Assembly: GCA_964512145.1 (NCBI GenBank)
Contig: CAZEIM010000009.1
Location: 7-64,006, forward strand
Length of the DNA: 64,000 bases
Source of the DNA: an uncultured Flavobacteriales bacterium
GTDB lineage: Bacteria > Bacteroidota > Bacteroidia > Flavobacteriales_G > JALEGO01
Reading direction: 5' to 3'
The notes under the pieces were generated by a model that was not told the origin of the DNA, searched no databases, and saw nothing but the letters and a program-made list of their open reading frames with translations. A program made the position numbers and the translations under genes. Shown piece after piece: positions 46,188-56,702 of this stretch. The first letter of the stretch is position 1; each line of letters starts with the position of its first letter.

Positions 46188-47543
46188 TTAATTTACATTC
46201 CATTTGTTTCCAAATGTACATGTTTTATATTCAGGGATTATATTAACATAGGTAATAGGTATTTTTTTATTAATCCATTCATCTACAAGTTTTTTTTGTT
46301 TTTCTACCAAGGCCATTTCTTGAAACATTTGGTAGTCATCTTTTAAATTTGCAATGTGCGGATCTTTTTGTGCAATAAGCTTAACAATTCTGTATGATTT
46401 TGAACCATCGGCTTCTTGAAAAAGCTGAGGTTCAGATATATCTCCGGGTTTCATTTTTTCAATTTGAAAAAATAATGAAGGGTCAATTTGCCCTAAAACT
46501 TCATAATCGAAATAAGAATAACCGGTTTGAGGATTCACTATTAAACCTCCATTAAATTTGGTTTCTTTATCATCTGAAAACTTTTCGGTAAATTTTTCAA
46601 AAGAAATACTGTCGCTAGACAATAATACATTACGTAGACTATCCAATATTTCCTTTGATTTAAGTAAAGCTGTAAAATCTGATTTTGGTTTAACTAAAAT
46701 ATGTCTAAAATTCGCCTCTTCTCCTCTTTTTTCAATAAGTTGAATAATATGATATCCAAACTCTGTTTCAACTACTTCTGATACTTCTTTGGGAATAAGT
46801 TTAAATGCAACGGCAGAAAATTCGGGTACAAGCATTTCTCTTCTCATAAACCCTAATTCTCCTCTCTTAGATGCTGAACCTTCGTCTTCGGAATATAATA
46901 CTGCCAATACCCCAAAATCTTCTCCATTAATAATTCTTTTTCTATATTCCATTATTTTTTCTTTAGCCAACATTTTTTCTTGACTTGAAATAGCCGGTTT
47001 TTTAGTAATTTGTGCTAACTGAACCTGTGTATTAATATAAGGTAAACTATCTTTAGGAATAGAATTATAAAAACGTTTTACATCATTAGGTGTAACTTTA
47101 ACATCAGATGTAATTTTACCTTGAACATTTTGAGATAGCAATTGCTCTTTTATTACATCATGAAATTCATTTTTTATTTGAGTAATGGTTTTTCCATAAA
47201 ATTTTTCCAAGCGCTCAATAGATCCCAGTTGATTTACAAAATAAGTTAGCCTTCTGTCCATTTCTTGTTGAATTTGTGCTTCCGGGATTTCAACACTATC
47301 TAATTCGGCTTGGTTTAATAATAATTTTTGATACAATAATTCTTCAAACAATAAGCAGTCTAAATTTCCTTGTACGGGATATCCTGAAGATATATACTGT
47401 TGTTTTGAGCTTTCTATGTCAGATTTGAGAATTATGTTTTTTCCGACCATACCTACAATTTCATCTAAAACAAGATTTTGCGATGTACAATAATCAGGCA
47501 AAACTATAAAAGCAAACAATAACAGAAACCAAGATTTATTCAT
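46188..47543 (-). CDS. SurA-like periplasmic chaperone / parvulin PPIase
   Basis: 451 aa with a signal peptide. It has a SurA_N-like region and a parvulin domain (ASKRGELGFM, FGYHIIQL). Confidence 0.85.
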   Translation of the reverse strand: MNKSWFLLLFAFIVLPDYCTSQNLVLDEIVGMVGKNIILKSDIESSKQQYISSGYPVQGNLDCLLFEELLYQKLLLNQAELDSVEIPEAQIQQEMDRRLTYFVNQLGSIERLEKFYGKTITQIKNEFHDVIKEQLLSQNVQGKITSDVKVTPNDVKRFYNSIPKDSLPYINTQVQLAQITKKPAISSQEKMLAKEKIMEYRKRIINGEDFGVLAVLYSEDEGSASKRGELGFMRREMLVPEFSAVAFKLIPKEVSEVVETEFGYHIIQLIEKRGEEANFRHILVKPKSDFTALLKSKEILDSLRNVLLSSDSISFEKFTEKFSDDKETKFNGGLIVNPQTGYSYFDYEVLGQIDPSLFFQIEKMKPGDISEPQLFQEADGSKSYRIVKLIAQKDPHIANLKDDYQMFQEMALVEKQKKLVDEWINKKIPITYVNIIPEYKTCTFGNKWNVN

Positions 47544-48387
47544 ACATTATTATCTCTTTATTTAATAAAGCATTTTCGAGTAATTCAGATCTAGTTTTGG
47601 ATAAAAATTCGTATTTTCTTTTATTAAGCATCATTAATTTTAAACTTTCTTTAATATAGGACATAGGAGATATTTCTCCAACAAGCTTATACTCTAAGAT
47701 GTTTAGTAAATATAAGTATTTTTCATCTTCCATTTCGATGTATTTATTTCTTTGTAAAAACACTTTTTGTTCAGCAATTCTACTTCCTAATGGTATTTCA
47801 GCTAAAATATATTCTAGTTTTCTCCATTCATTTAAATCAATAAAATATTTTTCACACTCCAGTTTAGCCATGTCTTTAATAAAAATACTATCCTCTAAAT
47901 TTCTGAGTTTATAACGTTGAATAAATTCTTTTTGTAAACTCGAATTTTTGGATATTTTTAGAAATAAAACCCTTGCAATATTCTCTTCTAAAACAAAGTT
48001 TTCCTGCATAGACTGATAATATTCTTCTATTTGCTGATCATGGATTACTGTATCCATTTTTTGACTTATTAATGCGTCTTCATAGGCAAATAATAGTAGA
48101 GAGTTTTTATAATCTTCTACTTTTTTAGATATATCGTCTTGCGTTTGATTATCGATATTGAATTTTGCTTTTTCTAAAATTATTTTTTTTTCAACCCAAG
48201 TGTTAACGGCTGACTTAATAAACGTCAAGCTATCTTCTTTAGAGGCAAAGGCACTTATAAAATCCAACTGGGATAAATATAATTTATCTCCGTATGCTTC
48301 CGCTAATAAAACATCACCTTCATCATGTTTTGGAAAGAACACATTACATGAAAAGAACAAAAAAATAATGTATTTACTATATTTCAA
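47536..48387 (-). CDS. lipoprotein with SurA-N-like helical chaperone character
   Basis: 283 aa with lipobox IFLFFSC. It is helical and K/E-rich and I recognise no catalytic motif. It overlaps the downstream gene by 8 nt. Confidence 0.55.
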   Translation of the reverse strand: MKYSKYIIFLFFSCNVFFPKHDEGDVLLAEAYGDKLYLSQLDFISAFASKEDSLTFIKSAVNTWVEKKIILEKAKFNIDNQTQDDISKKVEDYKNSLLLFAYEDALISQKMDTVIHDQQIEEYYQSMQENFVLEENIARVLFLKISKNSSLQKEFIQRYKLRNLEDSIFIKDMAKLECEKYFIDLNEWRKLEYILAEIPLGSRIAEQKVFLQRNKYIEMEDEKYLYLLNILEYKLVGEISPMSYIKESLKLMMLNKRKYEFLSKTRSELLENALLNKEIIMYE

Positions 48388-48392
48388 GCAGA

Positions 48393-50369
48393 TTATTTTA
48401 TCTCAGAAAGAACTTCTTTATTTATTTGCACTGTATATTTACTTCGTAAAGACTGAATCCATTCTTTTTCTAAATATGTTTGATAATCGGAAGTTATTAA
48501 TCCTCGAGCTTCTTGTAATGTTTTATTGGTTGGCTGTAAAACATTTTCAATATATACCCAATGATACTTATTATTTAAAAGGACTAATTTCGACAATCCT
48601 TTTTTCCATTCTATTTTATCTAATATTGGTTGTTCTCCAGTGGTATATGTGTTTTTTTCCAACGAAATATTTAGTTGAGAATTTGAATTAATATTAGATA
48701 CTATGTCTTGAGATGAAATTTTGTTTTTAATTCGTTGATTAATGAGTTTTTTAGTTTGTTTAGCAATTTCCTCATTTGCACAAGCATAAATTTCTGCCTG
48801 TACACGCATTGGCCACATGTAGTTAGATTTATTTTTTTCGTAAAATTGTTGTAAACCAATAGTATCATTTACTGCTTTTGACCAAACCTTTTTATCCATT
48901 AAATCAAAAAGCAATATTCCATCGCGGTATTCTTTAGATAAAAGCTTATATTGCTCATATTTATGCTCAAGATTTTCTTCTTCAAATTTTATAACTTTTT
49001 CATCCAAAAAACGTTGATAAATAGGTTTCAAAAATGCTTCAACCTGAGTTGGTTTATCTTGTTTTTTGCAAAATCTCTTTAAATATTTTGCAAAATCTGC
49101 CTGAGTAAATTGAATTGTTTTTTTACTAAACTTATTGTCTGTTAACGTAAATAATGTAACATTTGAAGTTTCCAATTTTTCACCAACCCATACTCCATTA
49201 AAAAAATCATCATTTAACAAAGCAATAAAATCATTGTAAGATTTATTATTTTCATTTAAATTATATTCTTTTTTCAGTCTTGAAATTAAAGCATCCTTGC
49301 TTTGATTATAACGACCATCTTTTTGAGCTCTTTGTTTAATATTATTTTTTTCTTCCGCGTATGAGCCTACTTTTCGTTTTTCTAATAATTTAATAATATG
49401 CCAACCATAATTAGTTTTTACTGGTGCACTATAAGAACCAATTTCTTTTAAATTATACGCAGCTTCCTCAAAGTCGGGAACCATTCTGCCTGTTCCAAAC
49501 CAAGGTAATTCACCGCCCTTTTGTGCAGAACCTTTATCATCAGAATACATTTGAGCCAATTTTTCAAATGATTCGCCAGCTTTTAACTTATCGTAAATTT
49601 CTCCAATTTTTGTTTGAGATGCTTTTTTTTGTTCATCGGTATCCGCTTCATTAGATTTAACCATAATATGAGCCACTCTCAACTCTCCTCTTGTTGGCCT
49701 TGTGTCCCATACTTTTACGATATGATACCCAAAATTAGTTCGAACAGGTTGAGAAATATCTCCAATTTTTGTTTTGTATGCAGCTTCTTCAAAAGGATAT
49801 ACCATTTGAAATGCTGTAAAAAAACCTAAATTTTCTGAAATTACATTCTCATCTTTAACACGATGAATTTCTGCCTGTATTTTTTTAAAATCTTCCCCTT
49901 TAATCATTCTGTTTCTATATTCCATAACTCTGTTATACGCTCTTAAAGTGTCTACAGGATTTGCATTGGGTGCTAATTTTACTAATATATGACTTGCACT
50001 TATTTCTTGGGTTAAACGGTTGTAAGCTTCTTTAATAATTGCTTCCCCAACTGCTGTATCTACAAGATATGGTTGAGCTAACTGAATTTTATATCCAGCT
50101 AATTCTTCTTTAAATTTTTTGCTGGTATCTAAACCCATTTCTTCAGCTTCTTTAACTTTTAGTTTATAGTTGATAAATAACTCAAGATACTCTTCAAGTG
50201 ATTTGTGTTCTGCAGTAGGAACAGCATTATTTTTATTGTAAATATTTTTAAATTCGGAGAGATATATTTTTTCGTTATGAATAGTCATAAGCACTTTATC
50301 ATTAGATAATTGTGCAAAAACCCCTTGAGTAAATAAGAAAATAGATAAAATGACTTTTACTTTCTTCAT
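48393..50369 (-). CDS. large periplasmic parvulin-type PPIase/chaperone (two PPIC domains, PpiD/SurA-like)
   Basis: 658 aa with a signal peptide. It has two parvulin cores (SASHILV..FGYHIVKV and AQKGGELPWFG..YGWHIIKL). Confidence 0.85.
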   Translation of the reverse strand: MKKVKVILSIFLFTQGVFAQLSNDKVLMTIHNEKIYLSEFKNIYNKNNAVPTAEHKSLEEYLELFINYKLKVKEAEEMGLDTSKKFKEELAGYKIQLAQPYLVDTAVGEAIIKEAYNRLTQEISASHILVKLAPNANPVDTLRAYNRVMEYRNRMIKGEDFKKIQAEIHRVKDENVISENLGFFTAFQMVYPFEEAAYKTKIGDISQPVRTNFGYHIVKVWDTRPTRGELRVAHIMVKSNEADTDEQKKASQTKIGEIYDKLKAGESFEKLAQMYSDDKGSAQKGGELPWFGTGRMVPDFEEAAYNLKEIGSYSAPVKTNYGWHIIKLLEKRKVGSYAEEKNNIKQRAQKDGRYNQSKDALISRLKKEYNLNENNKSYNDFIALLNDDFFNGVWVGEKLETSNVTLFTLTDNKFSKKTIQFTQADFAKYLKRFCKKQDKPTQVEAFLKPIYQRFLDEKVIKFEEENLEHKYEQYKLLSKEYRDGILLFDLMDKKVWSKAVNDTIGLQQFYEKNKSNYMWPMRVQAEIYACANEEIAKQTKKLINQRIKNKISSQDIVSNINSNSQLNISLEKNTYTTGEQPILDKIEWKKGLSKLVLLNNKYHWVYIENVLQPTNKTLQEARGLITSDYQTYLEKEWIQSLRSKYTVQINKEVLSEIK

Positions 50370-50502
50370 GATTATTAATTTTTTAGAATGGGCAAAAATA
50401 CAAAAAGTATTGTTTATACTACCCTATTTTTGAATAAAAGAATAATCAGTTTATTCTCAAAAAAACTAAATAAAAAAATTGTGAGATTTATTGAAAAATA
50501 AA

Positions 50503-51975
50503 TCATATCCCCCATTGACTACTATAGTTTGGAGCTTCCCTTGTAACGGCAACTCCATGAGGATGGCTTTCTCTAATTCCTGAATTTGTAATTTTAATAA
50601 ACTTAGCTTTTTGTAATTGTGATATATTTTTAGCTCCACAGTATCCCATTCCTGCTCTTAATCCTCCTATCATTTGATACATTACTTCAGCTAAACTTCC
50701 TTTAAATGGAACCCTGCCTGAAATTCCTTCTGGAACTAATTTCTTAACATCTTCCTCCGCATCTTGAAAATATCGGTCTTTTGAGCCTGACTGCATGGCT
50801 TCTAATGACCCCATTCCCCTGTATGTTTTAAATTTTCGACCTTCATAAATTATAGTTTCACCTGGTGATTCCTCCACTCCAGCAAATAATGAGCCCAACA
50901 TAACTGTGCTTGCTCCAGCTGCAATAGCTTTAACAATATCTCCGGTAAACCTTATTCCACCATCGGCTATTACAGGAATCGAAGAACCCTTTAAAGCCTC
51001 AGAAACACTCATTACAGCAGTTAATTGTGGCACGCCAACACCTGCGATTATTCTTGTTGTACAAATAGATCCAGGACCTATTCCTACTTTTACAGCATCC
51101 GCTCCTGCATCCACTAAAAATTTCGCAGCATCTGCTGTAGCAATATTCCCAACAACAATATCAATATGTTTGTATTGTTTTTTAATTTTTTTTAAAAATT
51201 GAACTACCCCTTTAGAATGTCCGTGAGCAGTATCTATTACTATAGCATCAACATTTGCTTGAACTAATGCCTTAACACGTTCTTCAGAATCGCTGGTTAT
51301 TCCTACTGCGGCAGCAACCCTTAATCGACCTAAATCATCTTTGCATGAATTTGGACTCACTTTAATTTTAATAATATCCTTATAGGTAATTAAACCAATA
51401 AGTTTATTTTTACTATCAACTACCGGAAGTTTTTCAATTTTATGTTTTTGTAAAATTTCTTCGGCTTTTACCAAATCGGTACCCGGATTAGTTGTAATAA
51501 TATTTTTTTGTGTCATTACATCCTTTACCGATCTTTTATAATCTTTTTCAAATCGTAAATCTCGATTGGTAACAATTCCTGTTAAATTTCCTTTAGTATC
51601 AACAACCGGAATTCCTCCGATGGAGTTTTCTTTCATTAACTGTAATGCGTCTGCTACAGTACTTGATTCTGTGAGAATAATAGGATCCTGAATCATACCA
51701 CTTTGAGATCTTTTTACTTTTCGTACATGAGTTGCTTGTTGCTCAATACTCATATTTTTATGTAAAACTCCTATCCCCCCCTGACGAGCAATAGCAATAG
51801 CTAAATCAGACTCAGTAACTGTATCCATAGCTGCTGAAACAATAGGGGTGTTAATTTGTATGTTTTTAGTAAAACTTGAAGTAATCACAACATCTCTAGG
51901 TAATACTTCAGAATAAGCTGGCAGCAAGAGAACATCATCGTATGTTAGTCCTTCGATAAAAATTTTGTCTTTCAT
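50503..51975 (-). CDS. guaB: IMP dehydrogenase
   Basis: 490 aa. It has a CBS pair insert, the catalytic loop [11 protein letters not shown], and GGIRFTGD. Confidence 0.97.
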   Translation of the reverse strand: MKDKIFIEGLTYDDVLLLPAYSEVLPRDVVITSSFTKNIQINTPIVSAAMDTVTESDLAIAIARQGGIGVLHKNMSIEQQATHVRKVKRSQSGMIQDPIILTESSTVADALQLMKENSIGGIPVVDTKGNLTGIVTNRDLRFEKDYKRSVKDVMTQKNIITTNPGTDLVKAEEILQKHKIEKLPVVDSKNKLIGLITYKDIIKIKVSPNSCKDDLGRLRVAAAVGITSDSEERVKALVQANVDAIVIDTAHGHSKGVVQFLKKIKKQYKHIDIVVGNIATADAAKFLVDAGADAVKVGIGPGSICTTRIIAGVGVPQLTAVMSVSEALKGSSIPVIADGGIRFTGDIVKAIAAGASTVMLGSLFAGVEESPGETIIYEGRKFKTYRGMGSLEAMQSGSKDRYFQDAEEDVKKLVPEGISGRVPFKGSLAEVMYQMIGGLRAGMGYCGAKNISQLQKAKFIKITNSGIRESHPHGVAVTREAPNYSSQWGI

Positions 51976-51984
51976 AATTTATTA

Positions 51985-52017
51985 AATAAAAAAAGCCTCT
52001 CTAAACAGAGAGGCTTT
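51985..52017 (-). terminator. rho-independent terminator ending the rpoBC-DUF3467 transcription unit
   Basis: On the minus strand it reads AAAGCCTCTCT-GTTT-AGAGAGGCTTT followed by TTTTATTT. It starts 4 nt after the stop at 52021. Confidence 0.7.
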
Positions 52018-52020
52018 ATG

Positions 52021-52341
52021 TTATGCTTGTGCTGTTGGTCCTCCAAAATGCATGGGGATTGGCGTTGCGTGATCCGTATCTTTAATAGCGCCAAAAGCAG
52101 ACTCATACTTTTGAATATTTTCACTTAATGCTCTAAGTAACCTTTTTGCATGTTGTGGTGTAATTAATATTCGGGATTTAACTTTCGCTTTAGGTATGCC
52201 TGGCATAATTTTAATAAAGTCAATAACAAACTCAGAATGAGAATGAGATAAAATAGCCAAGTTTGAATATACACCTTCTGCTACTTCTTCAGACAATTCT
52301 ATATTTAATTGGTTTGTATTATCTTTATTATTTTCTTCCAT
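52021..52341 (-). CDS. DUF3467-like small protein downstream of rpoC
   Basis: 106 aa. QLNIELSEEVAEGVYSNLAILSHSHSEFVIDFIKIMPGIPKAKVKSRILITPQHAKRLLRAL matches the family I recall at this position in Bacteroidota. Confidence 0.7.
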   Translation of the reverse strand: MEENNKDNTNQLNIELSEEVAEGVYSNLAILSHSHSEFVIDFIKIMPGIPKAKVKSRILITPQHAKRLLRALSENIQKYESAFGAIKDTDHATPIPMHFGGPTAQA

Positions 52342-52352
52342 TATATCTATTA

Positions 52353-55300
52353 TTAATACTCTACTTCTTTTGTTGCATACATCTCTTGATTATTTGACAT
52401 CAAAGAGTTGTACTCATCTTGAGAGCCTACAATTACATTTTGATATTCTCTAGTTCCTGTTCCCGCAGGAATTAAATGGCCTACAATTACATTTTCTTTT
52501 AACCCCATCAAATCATCAACTTTAGCACTAACTGCTGCCTCATTTAATACCTTAGTAGTTTCTTGGAATGATGCTGCAGAAATAAAGCTATCAGTTTGTA
52601 AAGATGCTCTAGTAATACCTTGTAACACTGGATTAGAAGTCGCAGGAACAACATCTCTAGCATCAACTAATTTCATATCTTTCCTCTTAAGTAAAGAGTT
52701 TTCTTCCCTTAACTTACGAGCACTAATTATTTGACCAGGTTTAAAGTTTGTAGAATCTCCTGCGTCTAAAACTAATTTTTTATTGTATAGTGAATCATTT
52801 TCATCCATAAAATCAATTTTATTCGCTAATTGACCTTCTAAAAATTTAGTATCTCCAGGATCTATAATCTCTACTTTTCTGAGCATTTGACGAACAATTA
52901 CTTCAAAATGTTTGTCGTTAATTTTCACCCCTTGTAAACGATATACCTCTTGAATTTCATTCACCAAATACTCCTGTACAGCGGTTGGACCTTTAATAGC
53001 TAAAATATCGGCCGGAGTAATTGCCCCATCAGTTAATGGCATTCCCGCTTTAATAAAGTCATTTTCTTGAACTAAAATATGTTTAGATAAATTCACTAAA
53101 TATTTTTTTAATTCTCCTGTTTTTGATTCAATAATAATTTCTCTATTACCTCGCTTAATTTTTCCAAAGCTCACAAACCCATCAATTTCAGAAACGATAG
53201 CTGGATTAGCTGGATTTCTTGCCTCAAATAACTCAGTTACTCTTGGTAAACCTCCTGTAATATCACCCGTTTTACCAAGTGATCGAGGGATTTTAACTAA
53301 TATTTGTCCTGTCTCAATTTTATCTCCTTCGTTAACAGATATATGAGCTCCAACAGGTATGTTATATGTTTTTAGGGTCTCTCCTTTTAAATTGGTAACT
53401 CGAATAGCTGGATTTTTTGTTTTATCTTTTGATTCAACAATTACTTTTTCCCTAAAACCTGTTTGTTCATCAGATTCTTCTCTAAAAGTAATCCCTTCAA
53501 TGATATTTTCAAACTCAATTTTACCGGCTAGTTCTGAAATGATAACTGCATTGTAAGGATCCCAGTTACAAATGGTATCGCCTTTATTTACTTTAGCGCC
53601 ATTTTCAAAAAACATTTCAGCTCCATATGGAATGTTATAAGTAGATAAAACAATATTGGTTTTTTCATCAACTATTCTCATTTCAGCAGATCTACTTAAT
53701 ACTATGGTTGATTTTTTTCCATCAGATTTTCTATCTACTGTTTTTAATTCTTCTATCTCAAGTCGACCTGAAAATTTAGCTTCAATTTTTGATTCAGCCA
53801 AAATATTAGAAGCTGTACCACCTACGTGGAATGTACGTAAAGTAAGCTGTGTACCAGGCTCACCAATAGACTGAGCTGCAATAACACCAACTGCCTCACC
53901 TCTTTGTACCATTCTACCCGAAGAAAGATTTCTGCCATAACATTTAGAACAAACGCCTCTCTTCATTTCACAAGTAAGCACCGATCTAATTTCAACTTCT
54001 TCTATAGGAGAATCTGCTATAACTTTAGCTACTTCTTCTGTTATCTCTTCACCGGAAGAAATAATTAATTCATTGGTTAATGGATGATATACATCATGAA
54101 CTGTTGTACGACCTAAAATTCTGTCGTATAAACTTTCAACAACTTCTTCATTTTTCTTAAGTGCTGTAGCTATCAACCCTCTTAACGTTCCACAATCTTC
54201 ATCTGTAATAACAACATCTTGTGCAACATCGACTAATCTTCTTGTTAAATATCCAGCATCTGCTGTTTTTAATGCTGTATCCGCTAAACCTTTTCTAGCA
54301 CCGTGGGTTGAAATAAAGTATTCTAAGATAGACAATCCTTCTTTAAAGTTAGATAAAATAGGATTTTCAATAATTTCACCTCCTGTTGCTCCAGATTTTC
54401 TAGGTTTTGCCATCAATCCTCTCATTCCAGAAAGCTGTCTAATTTGTTCCTTAGAACCTCTAGCACCAGAATCAAACATCATGTAAATAGAATTGAAACC
54501 TTGGTTATCATTTTTCAATCTATCCATTAATGTTGTTGTTAGTTTGGAGTTTGTATGAGTCCAAATATCAATAATTTGATTATATCTTTCATTATTGGTA
54601 ATTAATCCCATATTATAATTTGTCCAAACTTCCTCCACCTGAGAAGTAGCACTTTTAATAAGTTCTTCTTTTTCTTTAGGAATCATAACATCCTCTAGAT
54701 TAAAAGACAAACCACCTTTAAAGGCCATTTTAAAACCAAGTTCTTTTATATCATCTAAAAATTTAGCTGTTTTTGGAACACCACATCTTTTAAATGTTTC
54801 ACCAATTATATCTCGAAGAGATTTTTTAGTAAGAACTTCATTAATGTAACCCATTTCATCAGGAACAACTTCATTAAATAATACTCTTCCAACCGATGTA
54901 TCGATTACCTTAACCACCCACTCTCCATTTTCCATAATTCGTTTCTTAACTTTTATGGTAGCATGTAAATCGATTTTATTTTCGTTATAAGCAATAATTA
55001 CCTCTTCTGGTGAATAAAAAATAGATCCTTCTCCTCGAACGGTAATTTTATTGTCTGTTTTTTTCTGTTTTGTAATATAATATAACCCTAATACCATGTC
55101 CTGTGAAGGAACAGTAATTGGGGCTCCATTAGCAGGGTTAAGAATATTATGAGATGCTAACATAAGCATTTGTGCCTCTAAAATTGCGGCATTACCTAAA
55201 GGTACATGAACAGCCATTTGGTCACCGTCAAAGTCTGCATTAAAAGCAGTACAAACTAATGGATGTAATTGAATTGCTTTACCTTCAACTAATTTAGGCT

Positions 55301-56666
55301 GAAAAGCTTGTATACCTAATCTGTGCAACGTTGGAGCACGATTTAATAATACAGGATGGCCTTTTAATACATTCTCTAAAATATCCCATACAACAGGCTC
55401 TTTTTTGTCTACAATTTTTTTAGCAGATTTTACCGTTTTTACAATTCCTCTTTCAATAAGTTTTCTGATAATAAACGGTTTAAATAATTCTGCCGCCATA
55501 TCTTTTGGTAAACCACATTCATGTAATAATAAATTAGGTCCAACCACAATAACCGACCTAGCAGAATAGTCAACCCTTTTACCTAATAAATTCTGACGAA
55601 ATCTACCTTGTTTTCCTTTTAAACTATCACTTAATGATTTTAATGCTCTATTTGATTCAGTTTTTACAGCACTTACTTTTCTTGAGTTATCAAAAAGTGA
55701 GTCTACTGCTTCTTGTAACATACGTTTTTCGTTTCGTAAAATTACATCTGGAGCTTTAATTTCAATTAACCTTCTTAATCGATTATTTCGAATAATAACT
55801 CTTCTATATAAATCATTTAAGTCAGAAGAAGCAAACCTTCCTCCATCTAATGGAACTAAAGGTCTTAATTCTGGCGGAATAACAGGCACAACTTTTATAA
55901 CCATCCATTCCGGTTTATTTACTCTATGTTCATTCGCATTTCTAAAAGCTTCTACTACCTGAAGTCTTTTTAAAGCTTCATTTTTTCTTTGTTGAGAAGT
56001 TTCGGTATTGGCTTGATGTCTTAAATTATAAGATAACTCATCTAAATTAATTCTAGTAAGCAATTCATAAATTGCTTCAGCACCCATTTTAGCAATAAAC
56101 TTATTAGGATCAGAATCTTCAAGATATTGATTTTCTTTTGGAAGAGTATCCATAATTTCTAAATACTCATCTTCTGTTAAAAAATCTAAGTAAGATAAAG
56201 ACTCTCCGTTTTTACCTTTTGCAATACCTGGTTGAACCACAACGTATCTCTCGTAGTAAATTATCGCGTCTAATTTTTTACTTGGTATTCCAAGTAAGTA
56301 ACCAATTTTATTAGGCAATGATCTGAAATACCAAATATGGGCTACAGGAACTACTAAAGATATGTGACCCATTCTTTCCCTTCTAACCTTTTTTTCAGTA
56401 ACCTCAACCCCACATCTGTCACATACTATTCCTTTATACCTTATTCTTTTATATTTACCACAATTACATTCCCAATCTTTAACAGGTCCAAAAACTCTCT
56501 CACAAAACAAACCTTCCATTTCTGGTTTAAAAGATCGATAATTAATAGTTTCAGGTTTTTTAATTTCACCCTTAGACATTTCCAAAACCATTTCTGGAGA
56601 AGCTAAGCTGATAGAAATTCTTTTGAAAGTACTATCAACTACTTTTTTATTTTTAAAATTTGACAT
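52353..56666 (-). CDS. rpoC: DNA-directed RNA polymerase subunit beta'
   Basis: 1437 aa. It has a zinc-binding N-terminus ([23 protein letters not shown]) and the catalytic NADFDGDQM. Confidence 0.98.
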   Translation of the reverse strand: MSNFKNKKVVDSTFKRISISLASPEMVLEMSKGEIKKPETINYRSFKPEMEGLFCERVFGPVKDWECNCGKYKRIRYKGIVCDRCGVEVTEKKVRRERMGHISLVVPVAHIWYFRSLPNKIGYLLGIPSKKLDAIIYYERYVVVQPGIAKGKNGESLSYLDFLTEDEYLEIMDTLPKENQYLEDSDPNKFIAKMGAEAIYELLTRINLDELSYNLRHQANTETSQQRKNEALKRLQVVEAFRNANEHRVNKPEWMVIKVVPVIPPELRPLVPLDGGRFASSDLNDLYRRVIIRNNRLRRLIEIKAPDVILRNEKRMLQEAVDSLFDNSRKVSAVKTESNRALKSLSDSLKGKQGRFRQNLLGKRVDYSARSVIVVGPNLLLHECGLPKDMAAELFKPFIIRKLIERGIVKTVKSAKKIVDKKEPVVWDILENVLKGHPVLLNRAPTLHRLGIQAFQPKLVEGKAIQLHPLVCTAFNADFDGDQMAVHVPLGNAAILEAQMLMLASHNILNPANGAPITVPSQDMVLGLYYITKQKKTDNKITVRGEGSIFYSPEEVIIAYNENKIDLHATIKVKKRIMENGEWVVKVIDTSVGRVLFNEVVPDEMGYINEVLTKKSLRDIIGETFKRCGVPKTAKFLDDIKELGFKMAFKGGLSFNLEDVMIPKEKEELIKSATSQVEEVWTNYNMGLITNNERYNQIIDIWTHTNSKLTTTLMDRLKNDNQGFNSIYMMFDSGARGSKEQIRQLSGMRGLMAKPRKSGATGGEIIENPILSNFKEGLSILEYFISTHGARKGLADTALKTADAGYLTRRLVDVAQDVVITDEDCGTLRGLIATALKKNEEVVESLYDRILGRTTVHDVYHPLTNELIISSGEEITEEVAKVIADSPIEEVEIRSVLTCEMKRGVCSKCYGRNLSSGRMVQRGEAVGVIAAQSIGEPGTQLTLRTFHVGGTASNILAESKIEAKFSGRLEIEELKTVDRKSDGKKSTIVLSRSAEMRIVDEKTNIVLSTYNIPYGAEMFFENGAKVNKGDTICNWDPYNAVIISELAGKIEFENIIEGITFREESDEQTGFREKVIVESKDKTKNPAIRVTNLKGETLKTYNIPVGAHISVNEGDKIETGQILVKIPRSLGKTGDITGGLPRVTELFEARNPANPAIVSEIDGFVSFGKIKRGNREIIIESKTGELKKYLVNLSKHILVQENDFIKAGMPLTDGAITPADILAIKGPTAVQEYLVNEIQEVYRLQGVKINDKHFEVIVRQMLRKVEIIDPGDTKFLEGQLANKIDFMDENDSLYNKKLVLDAGDSTNFKPGQIISARKLREENSLLKRKDMKLVDARDVVPATSNPVLQGITRASLQTDSFISAASFQETTKVLNEAAVSAKVDDLMGLKENVIVGHLIPAGTGTREYQNVIVGSQDEYNSLMSNNQEMYATKEVEY

Positions 56667-56702
56667 ATTCTATTATATAATATTTAGAATTTAGTAAAAA
56701 AA

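Noticed and set aside
48158-48691. 177-aa plus-strand ORF spanning the junction of two minus-strand chaperone genes
   Set aside because: It overlaps two well-supported genes on the opposite strand. Its composition is dominated by F/L/I/K/Y, as expected for antisense AT-rich DNA, and I see no motif.
50370-50502. Possible small RNA or terminator in the 133-bp spacer downstream of guaB
   Set aside because: Only a 7-bp all-AT stem (agaataa/ttattct) could be found. That is too weak to call in this base composition.
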